From Mobula hypostoma (Eukaryota): 64,000 nucleotides of DNA. Under the pieces are notes generated by a model, which was not told the origin of the DNA, searched no databases, and was given only the letters and a program-made list of their open reading frames with translations. The position numbers were made by a program, and so were the translations under genes. This document shows, piece by piece, positions 26,761 through 39,455 of this stretch. The DNA lies in the NCBI RefSeq assembly GCF_963921235.1, contig NC_086101.1, positions 1 to 64,000 on the forward strand, written 5' to 3'. The stretch's first letter is position 1. The number at the start of each line of letters is the position of its first letter.

Positions 26761-29466
26761 ATAGAACATAGAATAGTACAGCACAGTACAGGCCCTTCAG
26801 CCCACAATGTTGTGCCGACCCTCAAACCCTGCCTCCCATATAAGCCCCCACCTTAAACTCCTCCATATACCTGTCTGGTAGTCTCTTAAACTTCACTAGT
26901 GTATCTGCCTCCACCACTGACTCAGGCAGTGCATTTCACGCACCAACCACTCTCTGAGTAAAAAACCTTCCTCTAATATCCCCCTTGAACTTCCCACCCC
27001 TTACCTTAAAGCCATGTCCTCTTGTATTGAGCAGTGGTGCCCTGGGGAAGAGGCGCTGGCTATCCACTCTATGTATTCCTCTTATTATCTTGTACACCTC
27101 TGTCATGTCTCCTTTCGTCTTCCTTCTCTCCAAAGAGTAAAGCCCTAGCTCCCTTAATCTCTGATCATAATGCATACACTCTAAACCAGGCAGCATCCTG
27201 GTAAATCTCCTCTGTACCCTTTCCAATGCTTCCACATCCTTCCTATAGTGAGGTGACCAGAAATGGACACAGTACTCCAAGTGTGGCCTAACCAGAGTTC
27301 TACAGAGCTGCATCATTACATCGCGACTCTTAAACTCTATCCCTCGACTTATGAAAGGTAACACCCCATAAGCTTTCTTAACTACCCTATCCACCTGTGA
27401 CACAACTTTCAGGGATCTGTGGACATGTACCCCCAGATCCCTCTGCTCCTCCACACTACCAAGTATACTGCCATTTACTTTGTACTCTGCCTTGGAGTTT
27501 GTCCTTCCAAAGTGTACCACCTCACACTTCTCCGGGTTGAACTCCATCTGCCAATTCTCAGACCACTTCTGCATCCGATCAATGTCTCTCCGCAATCTTT
27601 GACAATCCTATACACTATCTACAACACCACCAACCTTTGTGTCGTCTGCAAACTTGCCAACCCACCCTTCTGCCCCCAAATCCAGGTCGTTAATAAAAAT
27701 CACGAAAAGTAGAGGTCCCAGAACAGATCCTTGTGGGATACCACTAGTCACAATCCTCCAATCTGAATGTCCTCCCTCCACCTTCTGCAGGCAAGCCAAT
27801 TCTGAATCCTCCTGGCCAAATTTCCCTGGATCCCATGCCTTCTAACTTTCTGAATAAGCCTACTGTGTGGAACCTTGTCAAATGCCTTACTAAAATCCAT
27901 ATAGATTACATCCACTGCACTACCCTCATCTATATGCCTGGTCACCTCCTCAAAGAACTCTATCAGGCTTGTTAGACACGATCTGCCCTTCACAAAGCCA
28001 TGCTGACAGTCCCTGATCAGACCGTGATTCTCTAAATGCCTATAGATCCTATCTCTAAGAATGTTTTCCAACAGCTTTCCCACCACAGACATAAGGCTCA
28101 CTGGTCTATAATTACCCGAACTGTCCCTACTACCTTTTTTGAACAAGGGGACAACATTCGCCTCCCTCCAATCCTCCGGTACCATTCCCGTGGACAACGA
28201 GGACATAAAGATCCTAGCCAGAGGCTCAGCAATCCCTTCCCTAGCCTCGTGGAGCAGCCTGGGGAATATTCCGTCAGGCCCCGGGGACTTATCCATCCTA
28301 ATGTATTTTAATAACTCCAACACCTCTTCTCCCTTAATATCAACATGCTCCAGAACATCAACCTCACTCATATTGTCCTCACCATCATCAAGTTCCCTCT
28401 CATTGGTGGATACCGAAGAGAAGTATTCATTGATGACCTCGCTCACTTTCACAGCCTCCAGGCACATCTTCCCACCTTTATCTCTAATCGGTCCTACCTT
28501 CACTCCTGTTATCCTTTTTTTCTTCACATAATTGAAGAATGCCTTGAAGAACCCTAATGCGAGGGTTTTCCTTTACCCTACTCGCCAAGGCATTCTCATG
28601 CCCCCTTCTTAAGCTCCTTTCTTCTTCCCTATATTCCTCAATAGACCCATCTGATCCTTGCTTCCTAAACCTCCTGTATGCTGCCTTCTTCCACCTGACT
28701 AGATTTTCCACCTCACTTGTCACCCATGGTTCCTTCACCCTACCATTCTTTATCTTCCTCACTGGGACAAATTTATCCCTAACATCCCTCAAGAGATCTC
28801 TAAACATCGACCACATGTCCATAGTACATTTCCCTGCAAAAACATCATCCCAATTCACACCCACAAGTTCTAGCCTCATAATTTGCCTTTCCCCAATTAA
28901 AAATTTTCCTGTCCTCTCTGATTCTATGCTTTTCCATGATAATGCTAAAGGCCAGGGAGCGGTGGTCTCTGTTCCCCCAGATGCTCACCCACTGAGAGAT
29001 CTGTGACCTGACCCGGTTCATTACTTAGTACTAGATCTAGTATGGCATTCCCCCTGGTCGGCCTGTCCACATACTGTGACAGGAATCCGTCCTGGACACA
29101 CTTAACAAACTCTGCCCCATCTAAACTCTTGGAACTAATCAGGTGCCAATCAATACTAGGGAAGTTAAAGTCACCCATGATAACAACCCTGTTATTTTTG
29201 CACCTTTCCAAAATCTGCCTCCCAATCTGCTCCTCTGTATCTCTGCTGCTACCAGGGGGCCTACAGAATACCCCCAATAGAGTAACTGCTCCCTTCCTGT
29301 TCCTGACTTCTACCCATACTGACTCAAAAGAGGATCCTGCTACATTACCCACCATTTCTGTAGCTGTAATAGTATCCATGACCAATAATGCCACCCCTCC
29401 TCCCCATTTTCCACCCTCTCTATCCCTTTTAAAGGACTGAAATCCAGGAATATTGAGAATCCATTC
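26761..29466 (-). mobile_element. CR1 LINE family A, 5'-truncated (partial EN, RT, 3' tail), frameshifted
   Basis: Motifs [47 protein letters not shown] and RPHLEYC; tail (TTCTATG)n. Confidence 0.92.
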
Positions 29467-29546
29467 TATTACTATTTATTATTTATGGTGCAACTGGAAC
29501 GAAAACCAATTTCCCCCGGGATCAATAAAGTATGACTATGACTATG
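29467..29546 (+). mobile_element. 3' tail of a Rex1/Babar-type LINE
   Basis: aatttcccccgggatcaataaagtatgactatgactat; related tails at ~38540, ~49365 and ~50155. Confidence 0.5.
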
Positions 29547-29731
29547 TTCCATCTCCCACGACGCCTCAGTCAGCAACACCCGCTTGAAATCGGTCATCCT
29601 CAGGGCCGCACCCCGGAGGCGCCATGTTCCCAGCCATGCCTGGAGAATGTCACAAATGGGTCAGCTGATGAGCTCCAGAAACCGGAACTCATCAGCCGTA
29701 AAAGCAATCTCGACAGAACCTGAACCACTCG

Positions 29732-29925
29732 GGAAAAGGAAAAAGAGATATTAAAGAGAGTAATTAAGCTGTTTTCCAGATGATCTCGATAGAACCAGAA
29801 CGTCCCAGAAAAGGAAAAAGAGATATTAAAGAGAGGAATTAAGCTGCTTTCCAGATGATCTCGATAGAACCCAAGCCACCCAGAAAAGGGAAAAGAGATA
29901 TTAAAGAGAGGAATTAAGCTGTTTA
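29732..29925. repeat. Three tandem copies of a ~75-bp unit (gaaaaggaaaaagagatattaaagagag...ccagatgatctcgatagaacc)
   Basis: Directly visible at ~29733, ~29807 and ~29883. Confidence 0.85.
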
Positions 29926-30039
29926 CGAGGATGATCTTGAAGAGGCAGCCACGTGGTGCCCTTATTGTTTTCCTTTGCTGCTGCTTTGGGAAACACTTTG
30001 TGTTCTGCCCCTCAGTTTTCAGAGCATACACTGGTGTGT

Positions 30040-30535
30040 CGGCCTGTGCAGTGGACAGTATCAGCCCCACGGTACTGAAGGGCTGTACAAGCCAGCTGTC
30101 TGGTACTTTGCAGCACATTTACAGTCTGAGCCTCAGTCAGGAGAAGATACCGGTGCTATGGAAGACTTCCTGCTTGGTTCCTGTACCCAAGAAGGTGATT
30201 ATGTCGGGACCTAATGACTGCAGACAAGTTGCTCTAACATCTCATGGGATGAAGGTGCTGGAGAGACTGGTGCTCACTTACCTTGCACCGCATTTGAGAT
30301 CTTCTTTGGACCCTCTGCAGTTTGCCAAGTAGCCTCTTGTCGGAGTGGATGATGCCATCGTCTACCTGTTGCAGAGAGCTCACTCATTCCTGGATGTGTC
30401 ACAAGGATCGTTACAGAATAAGCATGTACAACAGTTCATCTTTGTGTGACATGAGAACACACATCATAGTGCAATAGTCTCTGCTTTATTGTTTCCTTTA
30501 TTTCCTACATTATTATTGCAAATTGGTACATTATT
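30040..30535 (+). mobile_element. Rex1/Babar-type LINE RT fragment, decayed
   Basis: IPVLWKTSCLVPVPKK...NDCRQVALTSHGMKVLERLV...LDPLQFA; paralogous to 47690-49400. Confidence 0.7.
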
Positions 30536-30536
30536 G

Positions 30537-33126
30537 GTACAGTCTCTGTGGGTGGAGGTTAGGGACATGAAGGGGTCAATATCTTTATTGGGTGTTTTTT
30601 ATAGGCCGCCCAATAGTAACAGGGATATTGAGGAGCAGATCGGGAAACAGATCCTGGAAAGGTGTAATAATAACAGAGTTGCCGTGATGGGAGATTTTAA
30701 TTTCCCAAATATCGATTGGCATCTCCCTAGAGCAAGGGGTTTAGATGGGGTGGAGATTGTTATGTGTGATCAGGAAGGTTTCTTGACACAATATGTAGAT
30801 AAGCCGACAAGAAGAGAGGCTGTACTTGATCTGGTATTGGGAAATGAACCTGGTCAGGTGTCAGATCTCTCTGTGGGAGAGCATTTTGGAGATAGTGATC
30901 ATAATTATCTCCTTTACAATAGCATTGGAGAGAGATAGGAGCAGACAAACTAGAAAAGCGTTTAATTGGAGTAAGGGGAAATTATGAGGCTATTAGGCAG
31001 GAAATTGGAAGTTAAAATTGGAAACTGATTTTCTCAGGGAAAAGTACGGAAGAAATGTGGCAAATGTTCAGGGGATATTTGTGTGGAGTTCTGCAAAGGA
31101 ATATTCCAATGAGACAGGGAAGTTATGGTAGGGTACAGGAACCGTGGTGTACAAAGGCTGTAATAAATCTAATCAAGAAGAAGAGGAAAGCTTACAAAAG
31201 TTTCAGAGAGCTCAGTAATGTTAGAGATCTAGAAGATTTTAAAGCTAATTGGAAGGAGCTTAAGAAGGAAATTAGGAGAGCCAGAAGGGGCCATGAGAAG
31301 GCCTTGGCGGGCAGGATTAAGGAAAACCCTAAGGCATTCTACAAGTATGTGGAGTGCAAGAGGATAATACGTGAACGAATAGGACCTATCAAGTGTGACA
31401 GTGGGAATGTGTGTATGGAACTGGAGGAAACAGCAGAGGTACTTAATGAATACTTTACTTCTGTATTCACGATGGAAAAGGATCTTGGTGACTGTAGTAA
31501 TGACTTGCAGCAGACTGAAAAGCTTGAGCATGTAGATATTAAGAAGGAGGATGTGCTGGAGCTTTTGGAAAGCATCAAGTTGGATAAGTCGCCGGGACCG
31601 GATGAGATGTATCCCAGTCTACTGTGGGAGGCGAGGGAGGAGATTGCTGAGCCTCTGGTGATGATCTTTGCATCATCAATGGGGACAGAAGAGGTTCTGG
31701 AGGATGGGAGGGTTGCCGATGTTGTTCCTTTATTCAAGAAAGGGAGTAGAGACAGCCCTGAAATTATAGGCCAGTGAATCTTACCTCAGTGACTGGTAAG
31801 TTGATGGAGAAGATCCTGAGAGGCAGGATTTATGAACATTTGGAGAGGTATAATATGATCAGGAATAGTCAGCATGGCTTTGTCAAGGGAAGGTCGTGCC
31901 TTACGAGCCTGATTGAATTTTTGAGGATGTGACTAAACACATTGATGAAGGAAGAGCAGTAGATGTTGTGTATATGGATTTCAGCAAGGCATTTGATAAA
32001 GTATCCCATGCCAGGCTTATTGAGAAAGTAAGGAGGCATGGGATCCAAGGGGACATTGCTTTGTGGATCCAGAACTGTCTTGCCCACAAAAAGCAAAGTG
32101 TGGTTGTAGATGGGTCATACTTTGCATGGAGGTTGGTCACAAGTGGAGTGACTCAGGGATCTGTTCTGGGACGCTTACTCTTCGTGATCTTTATAAATGA
32201 CCTGGATGAGGAAGTGGATGGATGGGTTAGTAAGTTTGCTGATGACACAAAAGTTGGAGGTGTTGTGGATAGTGTGGAGAGCTGTCAGAGGTTACAGCGG
32301 GACATTGATAGGATGCAAAACGGATCTGAGAAGCGGCAGATGAAGTTCAACCAGGATAAGTGTGAAGTGGTTCATTTTGGTAGGTCAAATATGATTGCAG
32401 AATATAGTATTAATGGTAAGACTCTTAGCAGTGTGGAAGATCAGAGGGATCTCGGGGTCCAAGTCCATAGGACGCTCAAAGCAGCTGAACAGGTTGACTC
32501 TGGTTAAGAAGGCGTACAGTGTATTGGCCTTCATCAATCGTGGGATTGATCTTAAGAGCCGAGAGGTAGTGTTGCAGCTATATAGGACCCTGGTCAGACC
32601 CACTTGGAGTACTGTGTTCAGTTCCAGTCAACTCACTACAGGAAGGATGTGGAAGCCATAAAAAGGGTGTAGAGGAGATTTACAAGGATGTTGCCTGGAT
32701 TGGGGAGCATGCCTTATGAGAATACGTTGAGTGAAATCGGCCTTTTCTCCTTGGAGAGACGGAGGATGAGAGGTGACCTGATAGAGGTGTATAAAATGAT
32801 GAGGTGTATATTGATCGTGTGGATAGTCAGAGGCCTTTCCCCAGGGCTGAAATGGTTGCCATAAGAGGAAACGTTTAAGGTGCTGGGGAGGAGATGTCAG
32901 TGGTAAGTTTTTTACTGAGAGAGTGGTTAGTGCGTGGAATGGGCTGCCGGCAACGGTGGTGGTGCGGATACAACAGGGTCTTTTAAGAGACTTTTGGAGA
33001 GATACATGGAGCGTAGAAAAATAGAGGGCTCTAGGTAAACTTCGTTAATTTCTAATGTAGGGACATGTTCGGCACAACTTTGTGGGCGAAGGGCTTATAT
33101 TGTGCTGTGGGTTTTCTATGGTTCGA
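30537..33126 (+). mobile_element. CR1 LINE (family D here), 5'-truncated, EN-RT-3' tail, frameshifted
   Basis: Motifs FYRPPNS, MGDFNFP, SDH, DFSKAFDKV, QGSVLG and FADD; 3' end tttctatg. Confidence 0.9.
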
Positions 33127-33189
33127 TTATTATAGTTCTCTAAGCGAGTTTTTAAAAGTTGCTGCCGTCACGAATTTCCAACTCGGGAT

Positions 33190-33660
33190 CAAATGCGCAT
33201 GCGTAGAGGTCAGCGCTGATCCCGGATATCGCGCATGCGCTCATTAGATGAGAGGCTCAGGAGGGTCGGCTGCAGGTAGAAGGCTCCGGGCGGGAATTTA
33301 ATCACCGGTGTTTGAACCGCGACTGAAGTACAATTACTTTGAGCTCCGGCTACACTGGTCCTGATGTTTTCCCTGCGGCAGTCCCGATGCTTTATCTCTT
33401 TCTCGGACCCCAGGGACCATTCGTCTGATGAGCGCTGGAGCCGCAGCCAGCACTACAGCGCATGCGCGTCGCTGGATCCTTAGGTTTCTGGTTCGTCGGA
33501 CATTCTGGGTAAAGAGGCAGCCATGGGTGTAACTGCCAGCCTTGCCCCGTACAGGCGGAGTAAATGGTGGGAGCGGATGTATCTCCCAAATACTGCCGAG
33601 CTCCAGCTATGTAAATCCGAGGATTAAGAACTCGGAACAAAAATATAGTTATCTCGGATG
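33190..33660 (+). promoter_or_regulatory. CpG-rich promoter-like cassette 1 with three NRF1-type GCGCATGCG(C) motifs and a GC box
   Basis: Motifs at 33194, 33231 and 33458; GGGCGGGA at ~33288; homologous to the cassettes at 49680 and 61100. Confidence 0.55.
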
Positions 33661-34367
33661 AAGAGTCTACCTTCCAGTCAGTGAAAATGTAGTGCTGAAT
33701 AGGGAAAAAAAACATTCCGTCAGCTTTTGTTCTCTCTGGTAAATAAGGATATGAAACACCTTGGCCCTCCGTGACCAGTGACTTCTAGCTTTCATATCAC
33801 AAAATTGCCACACTCGAATAACTACTGTCCTCCCCTTCATATTCGTTGGCACTGCCATCGATGGGTTCATGACTGTCAATCAGCTCGGGAGAGGGGATCC
33901 GAGGAATTAGGAAATCTCCAGGATCAGACATGTAGTAACAAGTTCACTTTGTAATGTTGTGGAACATGACCAGAACTTGAAATAATACCAAAGGACAGAG
34001 AAATTGAGCCAAGTCACATGTTGATTGAGGGCAGAAATGCCCATTCTGATACAGACAGGAATACAGTCAGAGAATTTTCTGGTCAGTTAGGATGCCTGAT
34101 CCTTGCCCAGTTAGAAAATGAGGAATTAATAGATCTAGTAGAAATCTACAGGACATTACTAACCATTAGGCTCCAATTTGAGATGATCTTTCTAACATTG
34201 TGATGCTACAGCTCATGACAGACTAAAATCTAACCTGAAATATTGCCCTTCACCCACTGATATATTTTGCAAATATTTTTACAGGTTTAAGATGCCAGAA
34301 CACTTGTGCATGGGAATCTCAAATAACAGCATGTCAGTTTTGCTGGCCCTGAACAGATATTTAAGGA
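33660..34367 (+). pseudogene. ZNF-gene intron/acceptor remnant, truncated by CR1 before the fingers
   Basis: Collinear with 50295-50645 plus 53148-53533, which lie upstream of the intact ZNF. Confidence 0.6.
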
Positions 34368-36785
34368 GTGGATTGAGACAGGTTGTTCTCTGGCAAGGAT
34401 GTGATCGGTAAGTGGGAAGCCTTCAAAGGAGAAATTTTGAGAGTGCAGAGCTTGTATGTTCCTGTCAGGATTATAGGCAAAGTGAATAGGAAAAAGGATC
34501 CTTGGTTCTCAAGGGATATTGCAACTCTGATAAACATAGAACATAGAATAGTACAGCACAGTACAGGCCCTTCGGCCCACAATGTTGTGCCAACCCTCAA
34601 ACTCTGCCTCCCATATAAGCCCCCACCTTAAATTCCTCCATATACCTATCTGGTAGTCTCTTAAACTTCACTAGTGAATCTGCCTCCATCACTGACTCAG
34701 GCAGTACATTCCACGGTCTGAGTAAAAAACCTTCCTCTAATATCCCCTTTGAACTTCCCACCCCTTACCTTAAAGCCATGTCCTCTTGTATTGAGCAGTG
34801 GTGCCCTGGGGAAGAGGCGCTGGCTATCCACTCTATCTATTCCTCTTATTATCTTGTACACCTCTATCATGTCTCCTGTCATCCTCCTTCTCTCCAAAGA
34901 GTAAAGCCCTAGCTCCCTTAATCTCTGATCATAATGCATACTCCCTAAACCAGGCAGCATCCTGGTAAATCTCCTCTGTACCCTTTCCAATGCTTCCACA
35001 TCCTTCCTATAGTGAGGCGACCAGAACTGGACACAGTACTCCAAGTGTGGCCTAAAGAAGAAGAGAGAGTTGTATGACATGTATAGGAAACGGAGTAACT
35101 AAGGTGCTTGAGGAGTATAAAAAGTGCCAGAAAATACTTAAGAAGGAAATCAGGAGGGCTAAAAGAAGACATGGGGTTGCCTTGGCAGTCAAAGTGAAGG
35201 ATAATCCAAAGAGCTTTTACAGGTATATTAAGAGTAAAAGGATTGTAAGGGATAAAATTGGTCCTCTTGAAGATCAGAGTAGTCGGCTCCATGTGGAACC
35301 AAAAGAAATGGGGGAGATCTTAAATGGGTTTTTTGTGTCTGTATTTACTATGGAAATTGGCATGAAGTCTATGGGATTAAGGGAAACAAGTAGTGAGATC
35401 ATGGAAACTGTACAGATTGAAAAGGAGGAGGTGCTTGCTATTTTGAGGCAAATTAAAGTGGATAAATCCTCAGGACCTGACAGGATATTCCCTTGGACCT
35501 TGAAGGAGACTAGTGTTGAAATTGCAGGGGCCCTGGCAGATATATTTAAAATGTAGGTGTCTACGGGTGAGGTGCTGGAGGATTGGAGAATGGCTCATGT
35601 TGTTCTGTTGTTTAAAAAAAGATCGAAAAGTAGTCCGGGAAATTATAGGCTGGTAATTTGACGTCAGTAGTGGGTAAGTTATTGGAAGGAGTACTAAGAG
35701 ACAAGCATTTGGATAGACAGGGATTTATTAGCGAGAGTCAACATGGCTTTGTGCATGGTAGGTCACGTTCGACCAATCTATTGGAGTTTTTCGAGGAAGT
35801 TACCAGGAAAGTGGATGAAGGGAAGGCAGTGGATGTTGTCTACATGGACTTCAGTAAGGCCTTTGATAAGGTCCCGCATGGGAGATTAGTTAGGAAAATT
35901 CAGTCGCTATGTATACATGGAGAGGTGGTAAATTGGATTAGACATTGGCTCAATGGAAGAAGCCAAAGAGTGGTAGCAGAGGATTGCTTCTCAGAGTGGA
36001 GGCCGGTGACAAGTGGTAGGCCACAAGGATCTGTGCTGGCTCCATTGTTATTTGTCATCTATATCAATGATCTGGATGATAATGTGGCAAATTGGATTAG
36101 CAAATTTGCTGATGATACTAAGATTTGAGGTGCAGTGGACAGTGAGGAAGGTTTTCAAAGCTTGCAGAGGGATTTGGACCAGCTGGAAAAATGGGCTGAA
36201 AAATGGCAGATGGAGATTAGTACAGACAAGTGTGAGGTATTGCACTTTGGAAGGACAAACCAAGGTAGAACATACAGGGTAAATGGTAAGGCACTGAGGA
36301 GCGCAGTAGAACAGAGGGATCTGGGAATACAGATACAAAATTCACTAAAAGTGGCGTCACAGGTAGATAGGATCATAAAGAGAGCTTTTGGTACATTGGC
36401 CTTTATTAATCAAAGTAATGAGTATAAGAGCTGGAATGTTATGATGAGGTTGTATAAGGCATTGGTGAGGCCGAATCTGGAGTACTGTGTTCAGTTTTGG
36501 TCACCAAATTACAGGAAGGATATTAATAAGATTGAAAGAGTGCAGAGAAGGTTTACAAGGATGTTGCCGGGACTTGAAAAACTCAGTACAGAGAAAGGTT
36601 GAATAGGTTAGAACTTTATTCCCTGGAGCGTAGAAGAATGAGGGGAGATTTGATAGAGGTATATAAAATTATGATGGGTATAGATAGGGTGAATGCAAGC
36701 AGGCTTTTTTCCACTGAGGCAAGGGGAGAAAAAACCAGAGGGCGTGGGTTAAGGGTGAAGGGACAAAAGTTTAAAGGGAACATTA
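34368..36785 (+). mobile_element. CR1 LINE (family E here) RT region, with nested CR1-A at 34535-35054, cut by CR1-A at 36785
   Basis: Motifs QHGFVHGRS, DFSKAFDKV, PQGSVLAP, FADD and RPNLEYCVQFWSP. Confidence 0.88.
34535..35054 (-). mobile_element. CR1 family A 3' fragment, nested
   Basis: Near-identical to 26761-27290; the host CR1 resumes at 35055. Confidence 0.9.
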
Positions 36786-38215
36786 GAACATAGAGAACAT
36801 AGAGTAGTACAGCACAGTACAGCCCCTTCGGCCCACAATGTTGTGCCGACCCTCAAACCCTGCCTCCCATATAAGACCCAACCTTAAATTCCTCCATATA
36901 CCTGTCTAGTAGTCTCTTAAACTTCACTAGTGCATCTGCCTCCACCACTGACTCAGGCAGTACATTCCACGCACCAACCACTCATCAGTAAAAAACTTCC
37001 TCTAATATCCCTCTTGAACTTCCCACCCCTTACCTTAAAGCCATGTCCTCTTGTATTGAGCAGTGGTGCCCTGGGGAAGAGGCGCTGGCTATCCACTCTA
37101 TCTATTCCTCTTATTATCTTGTACACCTCTATCATGTCTCCTCTCATCCTCCTTCTCTCTAAAGAGTAAAGCCCTAGCTCCCTTAATCTCTTGATCATAA
37201 TCCATACCCTCCAAATCAGGCAGCATCCTTGTAAATCTCCTCTGTACCCTTTCCAATGCTTCCACATCCTTCCTATAGTGAGATGACCAGAACTGGACAC
37301 AGTACTCCAAGTGTGGACTAACCAGTTTTATAGCATCATTACATCGCGACTCTTAAACTCTATCCCTCAACTTATGAAAGCTAACGTCCCATAAGCTTTC
37401 TTAACTACCCTATCCACCTGTGAGGCAACTTTCAGGGATCTGTGGACATGTACCCCCAGATCCCTCTGCTCCTCCACACTACCAAATATCCTGCCATTTA
37501 CTTTGTACTCTGCCTTGGAGTTTGTCCTTCCAAAGTGTACCACCTCACACTTCTCTGGGTTGAACTCCATCTCCCACTTCTCAACCCACTTCTGCATCCT
37601 ATAAATGTCTCTCTGCAATCTTCGATAATCCTCTACACTATCTACACCAACACCAGCCTTTGTGTCATCTGCAAACTTGCCAACGCACCCTTCTACCCCC
37701 ACATCCAGGTTGTTAATAAAAATCACAAAAAGTAGAGGTCCCAGAACAGATCCTTGTGGGACACCACTAGTCACAATCCTCCATTCTGAATGTACTCCCT
37801 CCACCATGACCCTCTGCCTTCTGCAGGCAAGCCAATTCTGAATCCACCTGGCCAAACTTCCTTGGATCCCATGCCTTCTGACTTTCTGAATAAGCCGTAT
37901 GCACTTCTGGCAGATGTGACTCTGCGGGAGAGGGGAGTTCCCCAAAGACTGCCACATCTCACATGAGAGGCACATCACCATCTCAGGAGGCATTGTAAAA
38001 ACTAACTGCGAGCAAGCTTGTCCTCCGCCGGCCACAGGCCGCTCTGCTTGAGCTACCCCTCTATTTATCTGTTTGAGCTTTTCTAAATGCTTGGTCACTT
38101 GACCTCGATAGCCCAATCAGCTGCTTTCTGCTGAGTCTGAGCTATTCAAATCTTGATTGTCTAATCAACGGCTTTCTGCTGATCTTTTCAAATCTTGATT
38201 GACTTGATTGCACAG
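36785..38215 (-). mobile_element. CR1 family A, internally deleted: 5' UTR and ORF1 N-terminal Cys motif fused to the RT C-terminal half
   Basis: MPPEMVMCLSCEMW...HICQKCIRL reads directly into [11 protein letters not shown]...QGSVLGP...FADD. Confidence 0.8.
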
Positions 38216-38529
38216 ACATTTCTGAACCAACATGTCGAGGAACCAACTAGAAAGCAGTCCATTCTGGACTGGGTATTGAGCAACGAGGAAGGGTTAGTTA
38301 GCAATCTTGTCGTGCGAGTCCCCTTGGGTAAGAGTGACCATAATATGGTGGAATTCTTCATTAAGATGGAGAGTGATATTGTTAATTCAGTAACAAAGGT
38401 TCTGAACTTAAAGAAGGGTAACTGAAGGTATGAGACGTGAATTAGCTAAGATAGACTGGCAAATGATACTTAAAGGGTTGACGGTGGATATGCAATGGCA
38501 AGCATTTAAAGATTGCATGGATGAACTAG

Positions 38530-39455
38530 ATAGATAGATATAATTTATTGATCCCGAGGGAAATTGAGTTTCGTTACAGCGGCACCAACCAAGAATAGAG
38601 GATAAATATAGAAATACAAAAACCACAAACAATCAAACAACATAATGCAAACTATGCCAGATGCAAAATAAGTCCAGAACCAGACTATTGGCTCAGGGTG
38701 TCTGACCCTCCACGGGAGGAGCTGCAAGTTCGATGGCCACAGGCAGGAACGACCTCCCGTGCTACCCAGTGTTGTATCTCGGTGGAATATGGCTGAAGTC
38801 CAACAGTAAAAAGTTCAATATCCGGTCTACAAGCACGTTCCTTGATCGTAATATGACCCCGATTGCATCATCTGTTGTTAATCAGAACAGTAAGCACCGA
38901 ACTGCTTTACGCTTACCGGTCTGGAAGCCGTCCATGGAAGAGTTTTGATCGGGTATGTCCTCATGCAGCCCCGTTCCAGTGAAACACATAACACTGCACT
39001 CCCGAAATGTTCTCTGACCCCTGGCTAGCGCCATGAACTCGTCCATTTCATTACCTACTGAACTCCTCTTCTCCATAAGTCTCTGTTGTCTCGACCTGGT
39101 CCTCTTTCCTCGACTTTGTGATCCCCCTCTGCATCCTCTGTGTGTTTTCCTCCAGATTTCAGCAGGGGTGTCCGCCGCTCTGCTCGCTAAACCGGCCACG
39201 GCATAAGCGCAAGCAGCTGGTCCCTGGAATAAACAATGCGACCATACTTCTGTCCCGCTAATGAGACGTGTCAGAACGTAACTATTTCCAGCGCTAAAAA
39301 CCCAAATAAAACTCTCTCTACCAGCATGTTAGAGAGGGTGCAGCTTCGACGTGTTACTGTGAAAAAAAAATACAAAAAATGATGTAAGTTAAAAAGTAAG
39401 AATACTGATTGGAACGGCTGTAACAGGCTACATGCACGACCGGCGCATGCACACT
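38530..39455 (-). mobile_element. Internally deleted Rex1/Babar-type LINE (5' end and EN start joined to 3' end)
   Basis: RECSVMCFT.T.LHEDIPD endonuclease-start motif; 3' end cgggatcaataaa plus (TATC)n. Confidence 0.6.
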
